A stretch of DNA of 20,000 nt, from NCBI GenBank assembly GCA_048128005.1, contig JBEUKZ010000062.1, positions 364,337 to 384,336 on the forward strand, given 5' to 3'. Shown piece after piece: positions 1 through 9,829 of this stretch (its first letter is position 1; each line of letters starts with the position of its first letter). The position numbers were made by a program, and so were the translations under genes. The notes beneath the pieces are model-generated. The model worked only from the letters and a program-made list of their open reading frames with translations, was not told the DNA's origin and did not search any database. Source of the DNA: Veleropilina oligotropha. Lineage: Eukaryota.

Positions 1-84
1 ACCCACCCCTAAAACCTGTCTTTTTTCATGACCCACCCTCAATTTTCAGCGGCCCATCCCCCCTGTAATAACTGACCAGTCCCT
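1..84. mobile_element. Right end of a MITE-like non-autonomous DNA transposon (cut by window start)
   Basis: C-rich repeated ACCCACCC motifs ending in ...TAATAACTGACCAGTCCCT followed by AA. It resembles an AGGGACTGGTCA-type TIR, but the partner end is outside the window. Confidence 0.35.
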
Positions 85-358
85 AATGCACAAAATATTT
101 CCTCACAAGATAAGCTAAACAAGGATATTGATTCATTTTAAATAAAAAGCTTGTTCGTAAAAACGTAATTTGCACCCCACCCCCAATGAAAAGATGGGAG
201 TTTCCCACCAATCTCTGTACTGCTATTAATATATGTTAAAAAGCCTCACAGTTTAATTTGTCAGGTATTTTCAGATATAAAAAAAATTATATGTTCCATG
301 AAGTACAAATTTGGATGAATTGTTGTATTAATATTATTGCCGATTAATATTTTCATAG

Positions 359-514
359 CACCCCCTATTGTTAATCTCGTCGTGGCCGCTGGGCCCATTG
401 CTTCGACGATGAACAAGATAAGTATAACGGTGAACACCATGCGGCTAAACGACACCAAGAATGGCGAGGTTCAGCTAATGGGAATCATTGTCTGTGCAAG
501 TGCCAAGGTATCAG
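359..514 (+). CDS. Internal coding exon (phase 1-1) of an R3-type receptor tyrosine phosphatase-like gene
   Basis: Acceptor tttcatAG, donor TCAG|GTGAGT. Encodes PPIVNLVVAAGPIASTMNKISITVNTMRLNDTKNGEVQLMGIIVCASAKVS; the 'D..NG.....IIV' pattern fits the RPTP juxtamembrane domain. Phase matches the next exon. Confidence 0.8.
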
Positions 515-740
515 GTGAGTAATATAAGTACACGTTTTTTGAGCTTATTCCTGAACTGTTCCATGTTACATAAACAACATTTATTATATATATGTTTACG
601 TCTGTATGATGATAGTATACACACAAATATTTGTAATTAAGATATGCCAAATAGCTACGTAAAATAGATACAGAAATAAATGAGCGCATTAAAAATCTTG
701 TTTATTAGATATCCAAATTTGATTTCGATTTTGTTTACAG

Positions 741-848
741 AAATCGTGACAGGCAACACGTTAGCACATTATGAAATATATGATAACTGGCAGATTGCGT
801 CCGCTAACGGTTTCAGCCCTTACCGAATCAACGTACCCTCGGTGTCAG
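741..848 (+). CDS. Internal coding exon (phase 1-1), same RPTP-like gene
   Basis: Acceptor ttttgtttacAG, donor TCAG|GTATGC. Encodes EIVTGNTLAHYEIYDNWQIASANGFSPYRINVPSVS (W...PY motif). In frame with neighbouring exons. Confidence 0.8.
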
Positions 849-1728
849 GTATGCTGAATATATATAGTGTATGATACAGTAATCGCGTTAGTGCTTATCG
901 CCTCCATAACATATATAGAGTGGAAGCCCAGAGCAGTTATTCATCCGAAGTGGGCCAAAGGTTTGACACCATTTTTTAAGGAACCATCATCCACCTTCAA
1001 TAAAAGGTTTTGCTGCCAGGTCTTGGCTGTGGCTTTCTACGAAACATCACCACCCGGGGGTGTCAAAATATGGCATTTATTTAACCGAGAGTTCCAAGGC
1101 CAGAAACTACATTAAATGTTGCCTTGGGGACCCCCCAGTATTAAATGACCAATGCCAGCAATTTTAAGTTTGGCTTTCCCACCGCCAGTGACCACTCCCC
1201 CCATAACACACCGTATGATACTAAACTATTTGGCATTTATTTATAGTCAAGAGGAAATACAGTTTGCATATTTAATACCTCTAAGAAGTCTAGTCAACAT
1301 TTCTGGATGATAACAATACATTTAGGCGGCGGTAATTTGTTTGTCATTCGAAAACAAAGAGTAGCATATCGCTGAATTTACTATCAACTTTTGACAATCA
1401 ACAGCCTGAAACCCCCTCTCCTGCACTCTGACAGGGCATAAGCGATATTTCATCCTAACTTATTATGAACCACCGTCACTCAAATAGTACTAGTCAAATT
1501 TTTTATTTATTTTGTCATAATCGAATTGTCCGCGTGGGGGTCGAGGCCCCACGCGCAAGAAAATTTGGACAATTAACGGTGTGACATCCCCCCTCCTGCA
1601 TTATTACATTGCAATAGCTAATAGTAATACAATTCAACTTTAGTATTTTGGGGTAGGCCTATTTATAATGTTATGAAAGTCATATGTATCAGATTAAACA
1701 TATTATTTTAGTATGCATGACCAGCTTT

Positions 1729-1778
1729 AGGGGGGGGGGGGGCGCGCACCGGTGCGCCCCCCCCTGGATCCGCCCCTG
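1729..1778. mobile_element. GC-rich MITE terminus (hAT-like CAGGGGCGGATCCAG end)
   Basis: G-run/GCGCACCGGTGCGC/C-run palindrome followed by CTGGATCCGCCCCTG. The matching left end was not identified. Confidence 0.4.
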
Positions 1779-2159
1779 ATGAGAGTTCATAATTGATGAA
1801 ATAACATAGTAAAGTACTCAGAACTGATAAATACGACGCGATCGGCCGCGCAGGAATATCGTGACTGAAGCACGTGTGCACGCTGTCTGAGGCCCTGCGG
1901 GCCCAGAATCTGTATGGTGAGAAAGTAGCACTGCAAATGTAATGATATAAACACAGTTTATATGCATAAACAAAAATATAACTTACAAAAATATAACTTT
2001 AATCGTATAATATAATAGTGATGTTAATCGTATATAATTTTAAATTTAATCATATAATAGATGATGAACACGCAAAATGCGTCTCCATCCTACTAAATAT
2101 GTTACATAAATGTGTGTCAGTGGTCATACATAGTTGCCACGTAAATGCGGCTCAGGAGC

Positions 2160-2385
2160 ATGGTAGGTTGATAACTTTGTTTTACGACCACTTGGGCAAT
2201 TTTTCAGCCTTAACGCAGTCGGGACACCCGGTTTAAGGTCTCACTGGATCTGATCTACATGAATTAGGAAAATGCCATCTATTGTGTTAAGCGGTAGAAT
2301 AAGCCCCCGCCGGGCCTCGAATCCGGGCCCTCCGGGCTGTTTCGGTTTCGTGCCTGACGAGCTATATTCACTCACCCGCCGAAGC
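2160..2385 (-). mobile_element. Possible degenerate tRNA-derived SINE
   Basis: The minus strand has a B-box-like GGATTCGAGGCCC in a GC-rich head (2300-2385) and a CAAC-containing tail near 2160-2185. The A box is weak. Confidence 0.3.
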
Positions 2386-2496
2386 AGTTCTGTCGGTAGC
2401 CTGAGTTGTATTGTAAATTCATCTCAGCGGCAATAGTTGCCACGCAAATTCATCTCAGTGTCATTATTTGTCTGGTAAATACGCCTGCCATATTAA

Positions 2497-3125
2497 AATG
2501 ACCATCCATAGATATATACATGATGCGTGATTCGTGTCAGTGTTCGCGCCAGTATCCGTGTCAGTGAAAAATCACGAACATAGTGAAAACGTGGAGAAGC
2601 ATGCATCGATCCGTTCCGTGTGCGTGTAAGTATCCGTGAGGAATCGTTCTGGTAGCGATTTTTCATGGACACGGAATCGTGTTTTGCAACCTGACATATA
2701 CTGTATGGCCTCCTTTGATGTAATTCATAGCGAAAGTTTGTATTTGTATAAAAGAGGTACATGTCAGAAGTATTTTGCCAAATTAAAGAAACAATAATTT
2801 TGGCAGTGTTTGGTTGTTGTTTCGGGGCTAACAAACATAATGCCAAAACGCCGGGAAATATCTGTTATACTGACCAACCGAGAAATATGCAAGAACCGTA
2901 TAGAACTGGTCAGACAAAACTATGCAATATATGTTCAAAGCTCCAACAACATTTATTTTTATTTATTGGCATCATAAGGAGTTGAAAAATCGCTGGATTA
3001 ATATGTATCCGAAGGAGTTTAAGAGTGTTTTCACGCATTATAACATATATGGATTTTCTCATCACACATGTACGGACACTGACGCGGACACGGATCACGC
3101 ATCACGTATTAATGGATGGCCACCT
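2497..3125. mobile_element. MITE with ~70-bp imperfect TIRs and TTAA-like target site (Kolobok-like)
   Basis: Left CCATCCATAGATATATACATGATGCGTGATTCGTGTCAG matches the reverse complement of the right end, CCATCCATTAATACGTGATGCGTGATCCGTGTCCGCG. Flanked by TTAA (2493-2496) and TTAG (3126-3129). Internal TCCGTG/CACGGA motifs. Confidence 0.7.
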
Positions 3126-3138
3126 TTAGTTGTTTCAG

Positions 3139-3259
3139 CACAGCGTGGCCGTCGCACAGTAGGAGACCAGAACATTGCTATCGGCAACGACAACGGGTGT
3201 GATCAGCGCCATAACAGCGACTACTGCAACGGTCCATTGGAAGCAGGCACCGACTACAG
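3139..3259 (+). CDS. Internal coding exon (phase 1-2), RPTP juxtamembrane (PTP_tm-like) domain
   Basis: Acceptor tgtttcAG, donor TACAG|GTATGG. Encodes AQRGRRTVGDQNIAIGNDNGCDQRHNSDYCNGPLEAGTDY; 'IG....C......YCNGPL..GT.Y' is the hallmark of PTPRB/PTPRJ/PTPRQ/Ptp10D. Confidence 0.9.
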
Positions 3260-3262
3260 GTA

Positions 3263-3385
3263 TGGAAAATCCGGATGCAGGGTCCATTTCAGATAGGGAA
3301 AACCCAGATGCGGAGACCGAATTCAGGCAGGAAAAACTGTATTCTGTGACGGAGTACGTTGTTGGGAAAACCCGGATGCAGGGAC
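3263..3385 (+). repeat. Three degenerate copies of GGAAAAYCCRGATGC just after the splice donor
   Basis: GGAAAATCCGGATGCAGGG (~3264), GGAAAACCCAGATGCGGAG (~3297), GGAAAACCCGGATGCAGGG (~3365). Confidence 0.55.
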
Positions 3386-3628
3386 GGAATCTAAAGCAAC
3401 AGCACCAAAGTATCGGGTCATGCTTTGCTCTGGTACTAATTATAGAGTAAGAATCATGATAGAAATTATGCAATGCCCCTGTTAAGGAATACATTGTAGT
3501 GTACGCCAGGTAACGACACTATTTTAGCATATCTGTACTGTCTTAATTTTACTTTAAAAAGTATCATATGCTTCAATTAAGAAAGTGTTATATTGGTTAT
3601 AATAGTGGTGTTTCTTAAAACAATATAA

Positions 3629-3847
3629 GTTGTCGGACGACGTCGCGGTAAATACGGTGGATTTAATACCGAATAAAGTTAAACCACGAGGCGCTAGCAG
3701 AGTGGTTTAACGTTTTGAGATATTCAATCCAACGTATTTACCAAGACGTTTTTGGACAACGTATTTATCTTGATTTCGTAACGTGAGGCTTGATTAACAG
3801 AGTCCCGATTTGGTTCATAACACTTGTTATGTTTAGGATCATAGCAG
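3629..3847. mobile_element. Hairpin-and-tail element (Crypton/Eulor-like), left part, interrupted by a LINE
   Basis: ~59-bp imperfect inverted arms (3629-3687 and 3702-3760) around the loop GAGGCGCTAGCAGA. The following TTATCTTGATTTCG is inverted relative to CGAAAACAAGATAA at ~6182-6195. Confidence 0.55.
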
Positions 3848-6105
3848 CTGACAGCTGGACTTATAACGTCATGTAAAAGAAAAAATAAACTTTACAGACA
3901 GTTTTAAATAAGAAAACTGAGAAATCACTTACTAAATATAAAGCATACAGAAACAAGTTAAAACATCTAATACAAATTACCAAACGAAATTATTATGCTA
4001 ATAAACTTGAAAACACAAAAGGGAACTTGAAAGAAACTTGGAAAATTATCAAATCCGTCATCAATAAAAATAATTACTCGACACTACCTTCAGAATTTAT
4101 ACATAACAACAACAAAATTATAGGAGATACGAACATTGCCAAGCATTTTAATGATTATTTTACTAATATTGGACCACAGCTTGCAAAAAAAATCCCACCT
4201 GTCCAATATGATTTCAAAGAATACATGAGCGAAAATTATGCCAACTCTTTTTTCTTTATGCCAGTCGATGAGCCTGAGGTTTCAGCGATTATCTCAAACT
4301 TTAAAAACGATAAAAGCTGTGGCCATGACGGCATATCAGTAAATGTCATGAAGGCATCTTCCAATTATATCTTGTCGCCACTTGTAAATATTCTAAATAA
4401 ATCCTTCATATCTGGCATCGTTCCAGACTTGTTAAAAATAGCTAAGGTAACACCCATTTTTAAAAGTGACGACTCGTCTAAATTTACCAACTATAGACCA
4501 ATATCAGTGCTCCCGTTATTTTCTAAACTATTTGAAAAAGCGACATATAATAGATTACTGAATTATATTACTTCAAACAATATTCTTTATGAAAAACAAT
4601 TCGGTTTTCGTCAAAACCACTCGACCTTTATGGCACTTGTTGAATTGATGGATGAAATTACACAAGCAAAAGATATGCAAGAATATACAATTGGGGTGTT
4701 TATAGATTTGTCAAAGGCATTCGACACAGTTAGTCACGAGATCCTCTTGAAGAAACTTTACCATTATGGTATTCGCGGACTTGCTTTGGACTGGTTCAAA
4801 GACTACTTAACAAATAGAAAACAGTATGTGTCAGTGAACTCAGAAAAATCGTTACTAAATGACATTTCATGTGGTGTGCCTCAGGGATCGATACTTGGTC
4901 CATTACTATTTATTTTATACGTTAATGATCTGGCAAATACATCTGCATTACTAATATTTATATTATTTGCCGATGATACTAATATATTCTTCAGGCACAA
5001 CAATTTTCTTTCAATGATGTCAATAATAAACGAAGAACTAAAAAAAGTCACACTCTGGTTTAAAGTAAATAAACTATCATTAAATGTAAAGAAGACAAGC
5101 TATATTATTTTCACTTCACCTACAAAACAATATCCTGATACATATTCCCTAACGATTGATGGAATAATAATTGGCCAGGTAAATTCTGCAAAATTCCTCG
5201 GAGTAACTGTCGATGCAAACACCACATGGAATGCTCATATAAAAAGTATTGAATCAAAAGTTGCCAAAAATATTGGAATATTATTTAAATTAAAAAAGTC
5301 ACTTCCAACAAGAATTTTGCCTATGATATATTCCACTTTAATATTACCATATTTCCAATATTGTGCAATTATTTGGGCAAGTACCTATAAGACAAAATTG
5401 CATAAGTTATTCTTATTGCAAAAACGTGCAATACGGGTAATATCTGCTGCTGGCTATTTGGAACATTCATTGCCTTTATTTAGAAATCTTAGGCAGTTAA
5501 CAATTTATGATATACGTAAGTTTCAAATGGCTTCATTCATGTATAAATATCATCTAAATAAGTTACCGAATGCCTTTTCAAATTTCTTTAGGACAAATTA
5601 TGATATACATCACCATAACACAAGAAATAAAGATAAGTATTATACTGAAATCTGTCGCACCACAGCACGATATCACACAGTGAAATATCATGGCCCACGT
5701 ATATGGAATAGTCTTGATTTGTCCCTTAGAAACTCACAATCACTATCACAATTCAGAACCCACTACAAAAAGATTTTATTACATGGCTATCTACAGTGAC
5801 ATAATAATTTCATCATTATTGATTTTAATTTTTTTGTTTATATACCATATTTCCTTAAAAATATAATTGCTAATAATATTTAAACACAGCTACACCTGGG
5901 TGGTCTACTAATAAGCCCTTTGGGTTTCAAAAGATCTCCCAGCCATGATCAATGTATGTACATATCTTCTTAACTATACTATTATAAAACTTTAATACAT
6001 ATTATATTTCATATACAATAGTATACTGTATATTAGTCATATGCATAATATGTACAGACATTGTATTAATTGGCAAAATAAATTTGATTTGATTTGATTG
6101 ATTTG
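3848..6105 (+). mobile_element. 5'-truncated non-LTR retrotransposon (CR1/L2 group, Crack/Daphne-like)
   Basis: Coding similarity starts at LTAGLITSCKRKNKLY (3848), followed by a long RT ORF, a 3'UTR stem-loop (5899-5944), AATAAA (6077-6082) and an (ATTTG)n tail. Possible short TSD GCAG. Confidence 0.92.
3889..5799 (+). CDS. LINE ORF2 reverse transcriptase domain, uninterrupted but lacking the endonuclease and true start
   Basis: Open frame containing the 590-aa ORF with NYRPISVLP, QFGFR, FIDLSKAFDTV, GVPQGSILGPLLF, LFADDT and KFLGV motifs. Confidence 0.93.
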   Translation, partial: TLQTVLNKKTEKSLTKYKAYRNKLKHLIQITKRNYYANKLENTKGNLKETWKIIKSVINKNNYSTLPSEFIHNNNKIIGDTNIAKHFNDYFTNIGPQLAKKIPPVQYDFKEYMSENYANSFFFMPVDEPEVSAIISNFKNDKSCGHDGISVNVMKASSNYILSPLVNILNKSFISGIVPDLLKIAKVTPIFKSDDSSKFTNYRPISVLPLFSKLFEKATYNRLLNYITSNNILYEKQFGFRQNHSTFMALVELMDEITQAKDMQEYTIGVFIDLSKAFDTVSHEILLKKLYHYGIRGLALDWFKDYLTNRKQYVSVNSEKSLLNDISCGVPQGSILGPLLFILYVNDLANTSALLIFILFADDTNIFFRHNNFLSMMSIINEELKKVTLWFKVNKLSLNVKKTSYIIFTSPTKQYPDTYSLTIDGIIIGQVNSAKFLGVTVDANTTWNAHIKSIESKVAKNIGILFKLKKSLPTRILPMIYSTLILPYFQYCAIIWASTYKTKLHKLFLLQKRAIRVISAAGYLEHSLPLFRNLRQLTIYDIRKFQMASFMYKYHLNKLPNAFSNFFRTNYDIHHHNTRNKDKYYTEICRTTARYHTVKYHGPRIWNSLDLSLRNSQSLSQFRTHYKKILLHGYLQ

Positions 6106-6197
6106 CAGTAAGGCTGGTTTCAGTAAGACCGAGTTATTTCCCTTGACGGCCAGTTAGCCAATCAGAACAGAGGATTGGTGGCGAAAACAAGATAATA
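6106..6197. mobile_element. Probable right-hand remainder (tail) of the hairpin element split by the LINE
   Basis: AGCCAATCAGAAC...GCGAAAACAAGATAA is inverted relative to TTATCTTGATTTCG (3765-3778), which lies just after the hairpin. Confidence 0.45.
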
Positions 6198-6254
6198 GTT
6201 CATCTCAAAAACGTTTGTGCAGAGCATGTTAAAATTGGAATATAGATGTGCTCT

Positions 6255-6372
6255 TAAACTGCTCTGTAAATGTATATTTTATAGTACTTTGTCCACTTAA
6301 ATTGCTGCGTAAACTGCTATGTAAAATGTATCTTTTATAGTATTTTCCCAACTTAAATTGCAGCGTAAAGCT
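6255..6372 (+). repeat. ~55-bp tandem duplication covering the exon acceptor region
   Basis: TAAACTGCTCTGTAAATGTATATTTTATAGTACTTTGTCCACTTAAATTGCTGCG is followed by TAAACTGCTATGTAAAATGTATCTTTTATAGTATTTTCCCAACTTAAATTGCAGCG. Confidence 0.8.
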
Positions 6373-6440
6373 GTTCTCCTGTACTAGTGGTGGTTGCACC
6401 GAGACTGCATTTTATGGTCCATTTACGACAGAGGCAGGCC
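6364..6440 (+). CDS. Internal coding exon (phase 2-1), end of the RPTP ectodomain
   Basis: Acceptor aattgcAG, donor GGCC|GTAAGT. Splices in frame to give ...TDY-S-VKLFSCTSGGCTETAFYGPFTTEAG, matching the last strands before the TM helix in R3 RPTPs. Not in the supplied ORF track. Confidence 0.85.
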
Positions 6441-6557
6441 GTAAGTAACAATTATATTTATAACATTTGTGGATTTTAATGTCTGTTATTTGGGCCTTGT
6501 AACAGTCGCTAAATGCATGCGTTAGTTTAGTTTAACGCATGCCTCAAGAAATTCGTA

Positions 6558-7237
6558 AAGCATGATTCTATTTGTGCGGTAACAGCAACGTTTAGAGCTG
6601 CGGCTACCAGTGCGTTTATGCTGCATTTGGAGTGATTCCAGTTATGCGTTAGCGTATGCGGTTAACGTCTTTAAAGCTAGAAAATACATGAACGATGAGT
6701 GCGTGTTTTTACGTATATTTATTGATAAGTGGCATCAATATAATGCGTACACCGTTTACGCATATACTATGGAAATAAAATGCATGTCAATACCTTTCAC
6801 CTGTTCCTGTCCCATAGCCCTCGTTATACTTTCCCAAACATTGTATCTTCTGGGTATCTTGGTAATCAACGTACTTCACATCAAATATGCAACTGTTTTG
6901 TTACTTCTACGCTTAATCCTTTGTGCGACATGGTTGTATGTTTGATTAAGATGATTAATCTCTAAAAAAGCAAAAATCCCAATATAATACAAATGTCAAG
7001 CAAATAATCATCGTAACACATACATGACCATCCAATTGCAAAACACGTAGAATCTGTTAGCGCAAATATATTCGGGTATTATCTAAAATTGCTCTTCGCA
7101 AGCGCCAACAGCTGTCCGTATACGATGGCTTTAGATAACCGCTAACCGCACCGACCAATGGAATCGTTCTTTCATTAAACAGCTGTTTCGATTATACCGT
7201 TGTCGTTACCGTTTCCGCACTAATGGAGTCCCAGCTT
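6558..7237. mobile_element. Old MITE with ~32-bp degenerate TIRs in TA/TAA context
   Basis: Left AAGCATGATTCTATTTGTGCGGTAACAGCAACG versus reverse complement of the right end AAGCTGGGACTCCATTAGTGCGGAAACGGTAACG. TA on both flanks. Internal GCGTTA/TAACCG motifs. Confidence 0.6.
6818..6945 (+). CDS. Candidate hydrophobic terminal exon (phase 1) for the RPTP-like gene; lies inside a MITE
   Basis: Strong pyrimidine tract cctttcacctgttcctgtcccatAG. In phase with exon 6364-6440, giving PLVILSQTLYLLGILVINVLHIKYATVLLLLRLILCATWLYV*. Not a typical RPTP TM exon. Confidence 0.25.
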
Positions 7238-8089
7238 TAATTTTCCGGAGATGGGTATACGTTAACCAATCGCTATACATGCGTTAGAGACACGCAAGCA
7301 AAGTGTAACTGGGAAGTTTTAATACATATACAATTCACCGAATTCACTCATTGGTCGTATACCTATATGAGTAATGCGTTATGTTATGAGGTGGCATATC
7401 GATCCTTATTATTTTTTAACAAGAATGACCAGCAGCCGTCTAACCAACTTATTTTCATTTCTCATCACAAACTATTGTCAATTATACAAACTGTTTATAT
7501 TATCAAAGATTATGTTCATTATCTAATATCTTACCATTATATTTTATCATTATACTAAAATATAAAGAATATGAACCAATGTGTGAACAGGGCGTCGTAT
7601 TTGGCATTAAGAGACAAAAATGCTGTTTTATCGTTGGTTGTGGAATGAATTGAGCTTCTAAACTTTAATGTCAATATAATGTCGGCACCTCAAGACGAAG
7701 AAGACAGCACAACATTAATACATGGTACGGAAAGTGCCGAAGTGAACGATACATTGTTTTGTGAAGAATTCTTAAAAAGTAACGTCGCTGAAGATGACCT
7801 ATTATTAGATTGTATTCAGGACACAGTTTCGAGCTTTTCATTGACGGAAGCACATGCCTACTCGTCTGCAGTGGGTCCACGTGCCGTCAAATCATCCATG
7901 TTAACTATTACTTGGGGAGAGTAGTTACTACACAAGATTGTGGGAACATTATGGATTCTGAACATACGCAAACAGTGCATAGCCGATAATTAAATAATTA
8001 ATTAATTGATAGTTATATGATAAATTGAACGGTCTACGGAAATGGTAGAATGTGTAAAAAGTGGCGAGCCATGCATCTCTAAAAATGAA

Positions 8090-8720
8090 AAGCCCGATTG
8101 ACGGAGGAATTAAGAGGGTCAAGCACTTGATACTGAAATGAACATTTTCAGATACTGTTTACCTGAGTAAAATAAGAAGGCTTGGGAGAAAATAGTTTCG
8201 GTTGTGAAAAGTGTTCATCCAGATGTTGTAAGAAGTCCTCTACCAAGACCAAGGATGGTAAAAGGAGAAAAGAAATAAAACAAACTGGGTTTGGGTGAGC
8301 TGATTTCAAGCTCTGTATGAGGTGGACGCCATTGCAGTTGGTGTGGTTTGTAACACATTGTTGACACAGCCGTAGAGGAGATCCCCGGCGGGATTGATAC
8401 GTTTGAATCAGAACCAAAACGCAACATCGATGCTACCATATGAATTAATGATAATGAGCTATCAGAGTCATATTTGAACTATGTTACTACTCATCCACAA
8501 AATATATGCATGTAATGTCAGATTCACTTCATCTAAGGGAAACATGCCGTCCACGTCCAACCCTCGATCAGTAAAAAACAAACTGTAAAATTTTAATCAT
8601 TGAACAAGAAGGCTTGAAAGTTAAGAATAAGCGAATAGACGTTGATAAATACCGCCTGGACGTCGGAAACAAATTGAAATGCGTCTTCGTTTTCCCGACA
8701 AACATCCACGTTTTCATGAC
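8090..8720 (+). pseudogene. Decayed Myb/SANT-like DNA-binding gene (MSANTD4/NAIF1-like, Harbinger accessory ORF)
   Basis: Frameshifted fragments in the expected order: KPD(W)TEE (8090), FSDTV, NKKAWEKIVSVVKSVHPDVVRS (8171), KRRKEIKQTGFG (8260), AVEEIPGGIDT (~8370-8400) and coiled-coil LIIEQEGLKVKNKRIDVDKYRLDV (~8593). The acidic ORF 7679-7924 may be its N-terminus. Confidence 0.65.
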
Positions 8721-8809
8721 TTATCTGGAGATGCGTTTTTACTTTCAGTGGAAGTGTCCACTGATCAAGCCACAAATGATAACTGCAATATTGTCACGTC
8801 CGAAGTAAA

Positions 8810-9302
8810 ATCAAAATTAATCCGAATAACTGTTATCCAGATAACAGATAAAAAACCACGTAACATTATACCCGTTTACACGGGCTTACTCAATCCGGAT
8901 AATTTGCACATGACCCGTATATTGCAAGTTATCCGGATAGAGAATAGCGCATGCGTAATTCAATAGCAGCAACTCATAATGGCGGACAATCAGAATGGAA
9001 GGAGGTATATTTTTATTTTATCAATTTTTACACCATCGACCAATCTTCGCTATAGTTATACGCATGCGCGTCCTTAATTAGATACCGGATTGATCGACGA
9101 ACCGTTTACACGGGCAAATTCAATCCGGATAACGCAAAATACCGGATTAAAATCTACCTCAGTAGATGGATTCAAATCCAGAAAAATTAATCCGGATATT
9201 ATGTACATGAACCGTTTATACGGCAAACAGTTATCCTGATGCATCTAGATAAGTAAATATCCGGATTGAAATTGACTATTTTTGTCTTCGTGTAAATGGG
9301 GC
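8810..9302. mobile_element. Harbinger-like terminal/subterminal region
   Basis: Repeated CCGTTTACACGG and AATCCGGAT motifs ending in CGTGTAAATGGGGC followed by TAA (a Harbinger-type 3-bp target). Confidence 0.55.
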
Positions 9303-9829
9303 TAATGACGATAGTGACAAATAATTTGCTTGTTTGTGATTGTCATCTTTGACTTTTTTTACTCCGAAATATGTATTGGTATATATAGGTTATTCTTGAA
9401 TTAAAATAGGCTTTATTTTCAATTGCGCTGCTTGTAATTTACGCCACATTGACATGTGATGTATTAATGTGCTTACCATTTACTCAATGAGATACATATA
9501 TGACAGACTAATGTTCTTCATTTTAATGCCACTGTGGCACAAAATAGAGGTTGATAACAAATGATTTGTCGTAATGTGTACTTATATACTGGGAACTATA
9601 TTTAAGGGAACTCTTCATTTAAGAAAACTGACCAGCTGTGTTACATTAGACACGGACCGACTATTCATTCAGACGCAGCACAATGCAGTGCAGACCAGCT
9701 GTCACAACCCAGTGAAATGCCACAACATGGTCCATTCTTCGAGTAAAACTGGGCAAAGTGCCTCCAAAAGTGTCCTTGACTGAAAATGAAAAATTGCGCG
9801 CAATATGCATGTTAGAAGCTGGACAATCG

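Noticed and set aside
2922..3296. 124-aa ORF as a stand-alone gene
   Set aside because: Only 3139-3259 is exon-like; the upstream part is MITE sequence read through in frame.
4027..5799. RT as a retron, group II intron or DGR component
   Set aside because: Motifs, the 3' (ATTTG)n tail, 5' truncation and similarity to the APE-bearing element at 11403-14955 all indicate an ordinary LINE ORF2.
6515..6542. Perfect 10-bp stem GCATGCGTTA...TAACGCATGC as a terminator or ncRNA
   Set aside because: It is an isolated short intronic hairpin beside a MITE rich in the same GCGTTA motif, with no further support.
8311..8374. Possible TM exon (PLYEVDAIAVGVVCNTLLTQP*) after tttcaag
   Set aside because: The hydrophobic stretch is too short, ends in a stop, has a weak acceptor and lies in order within the Myb/SANT relic.
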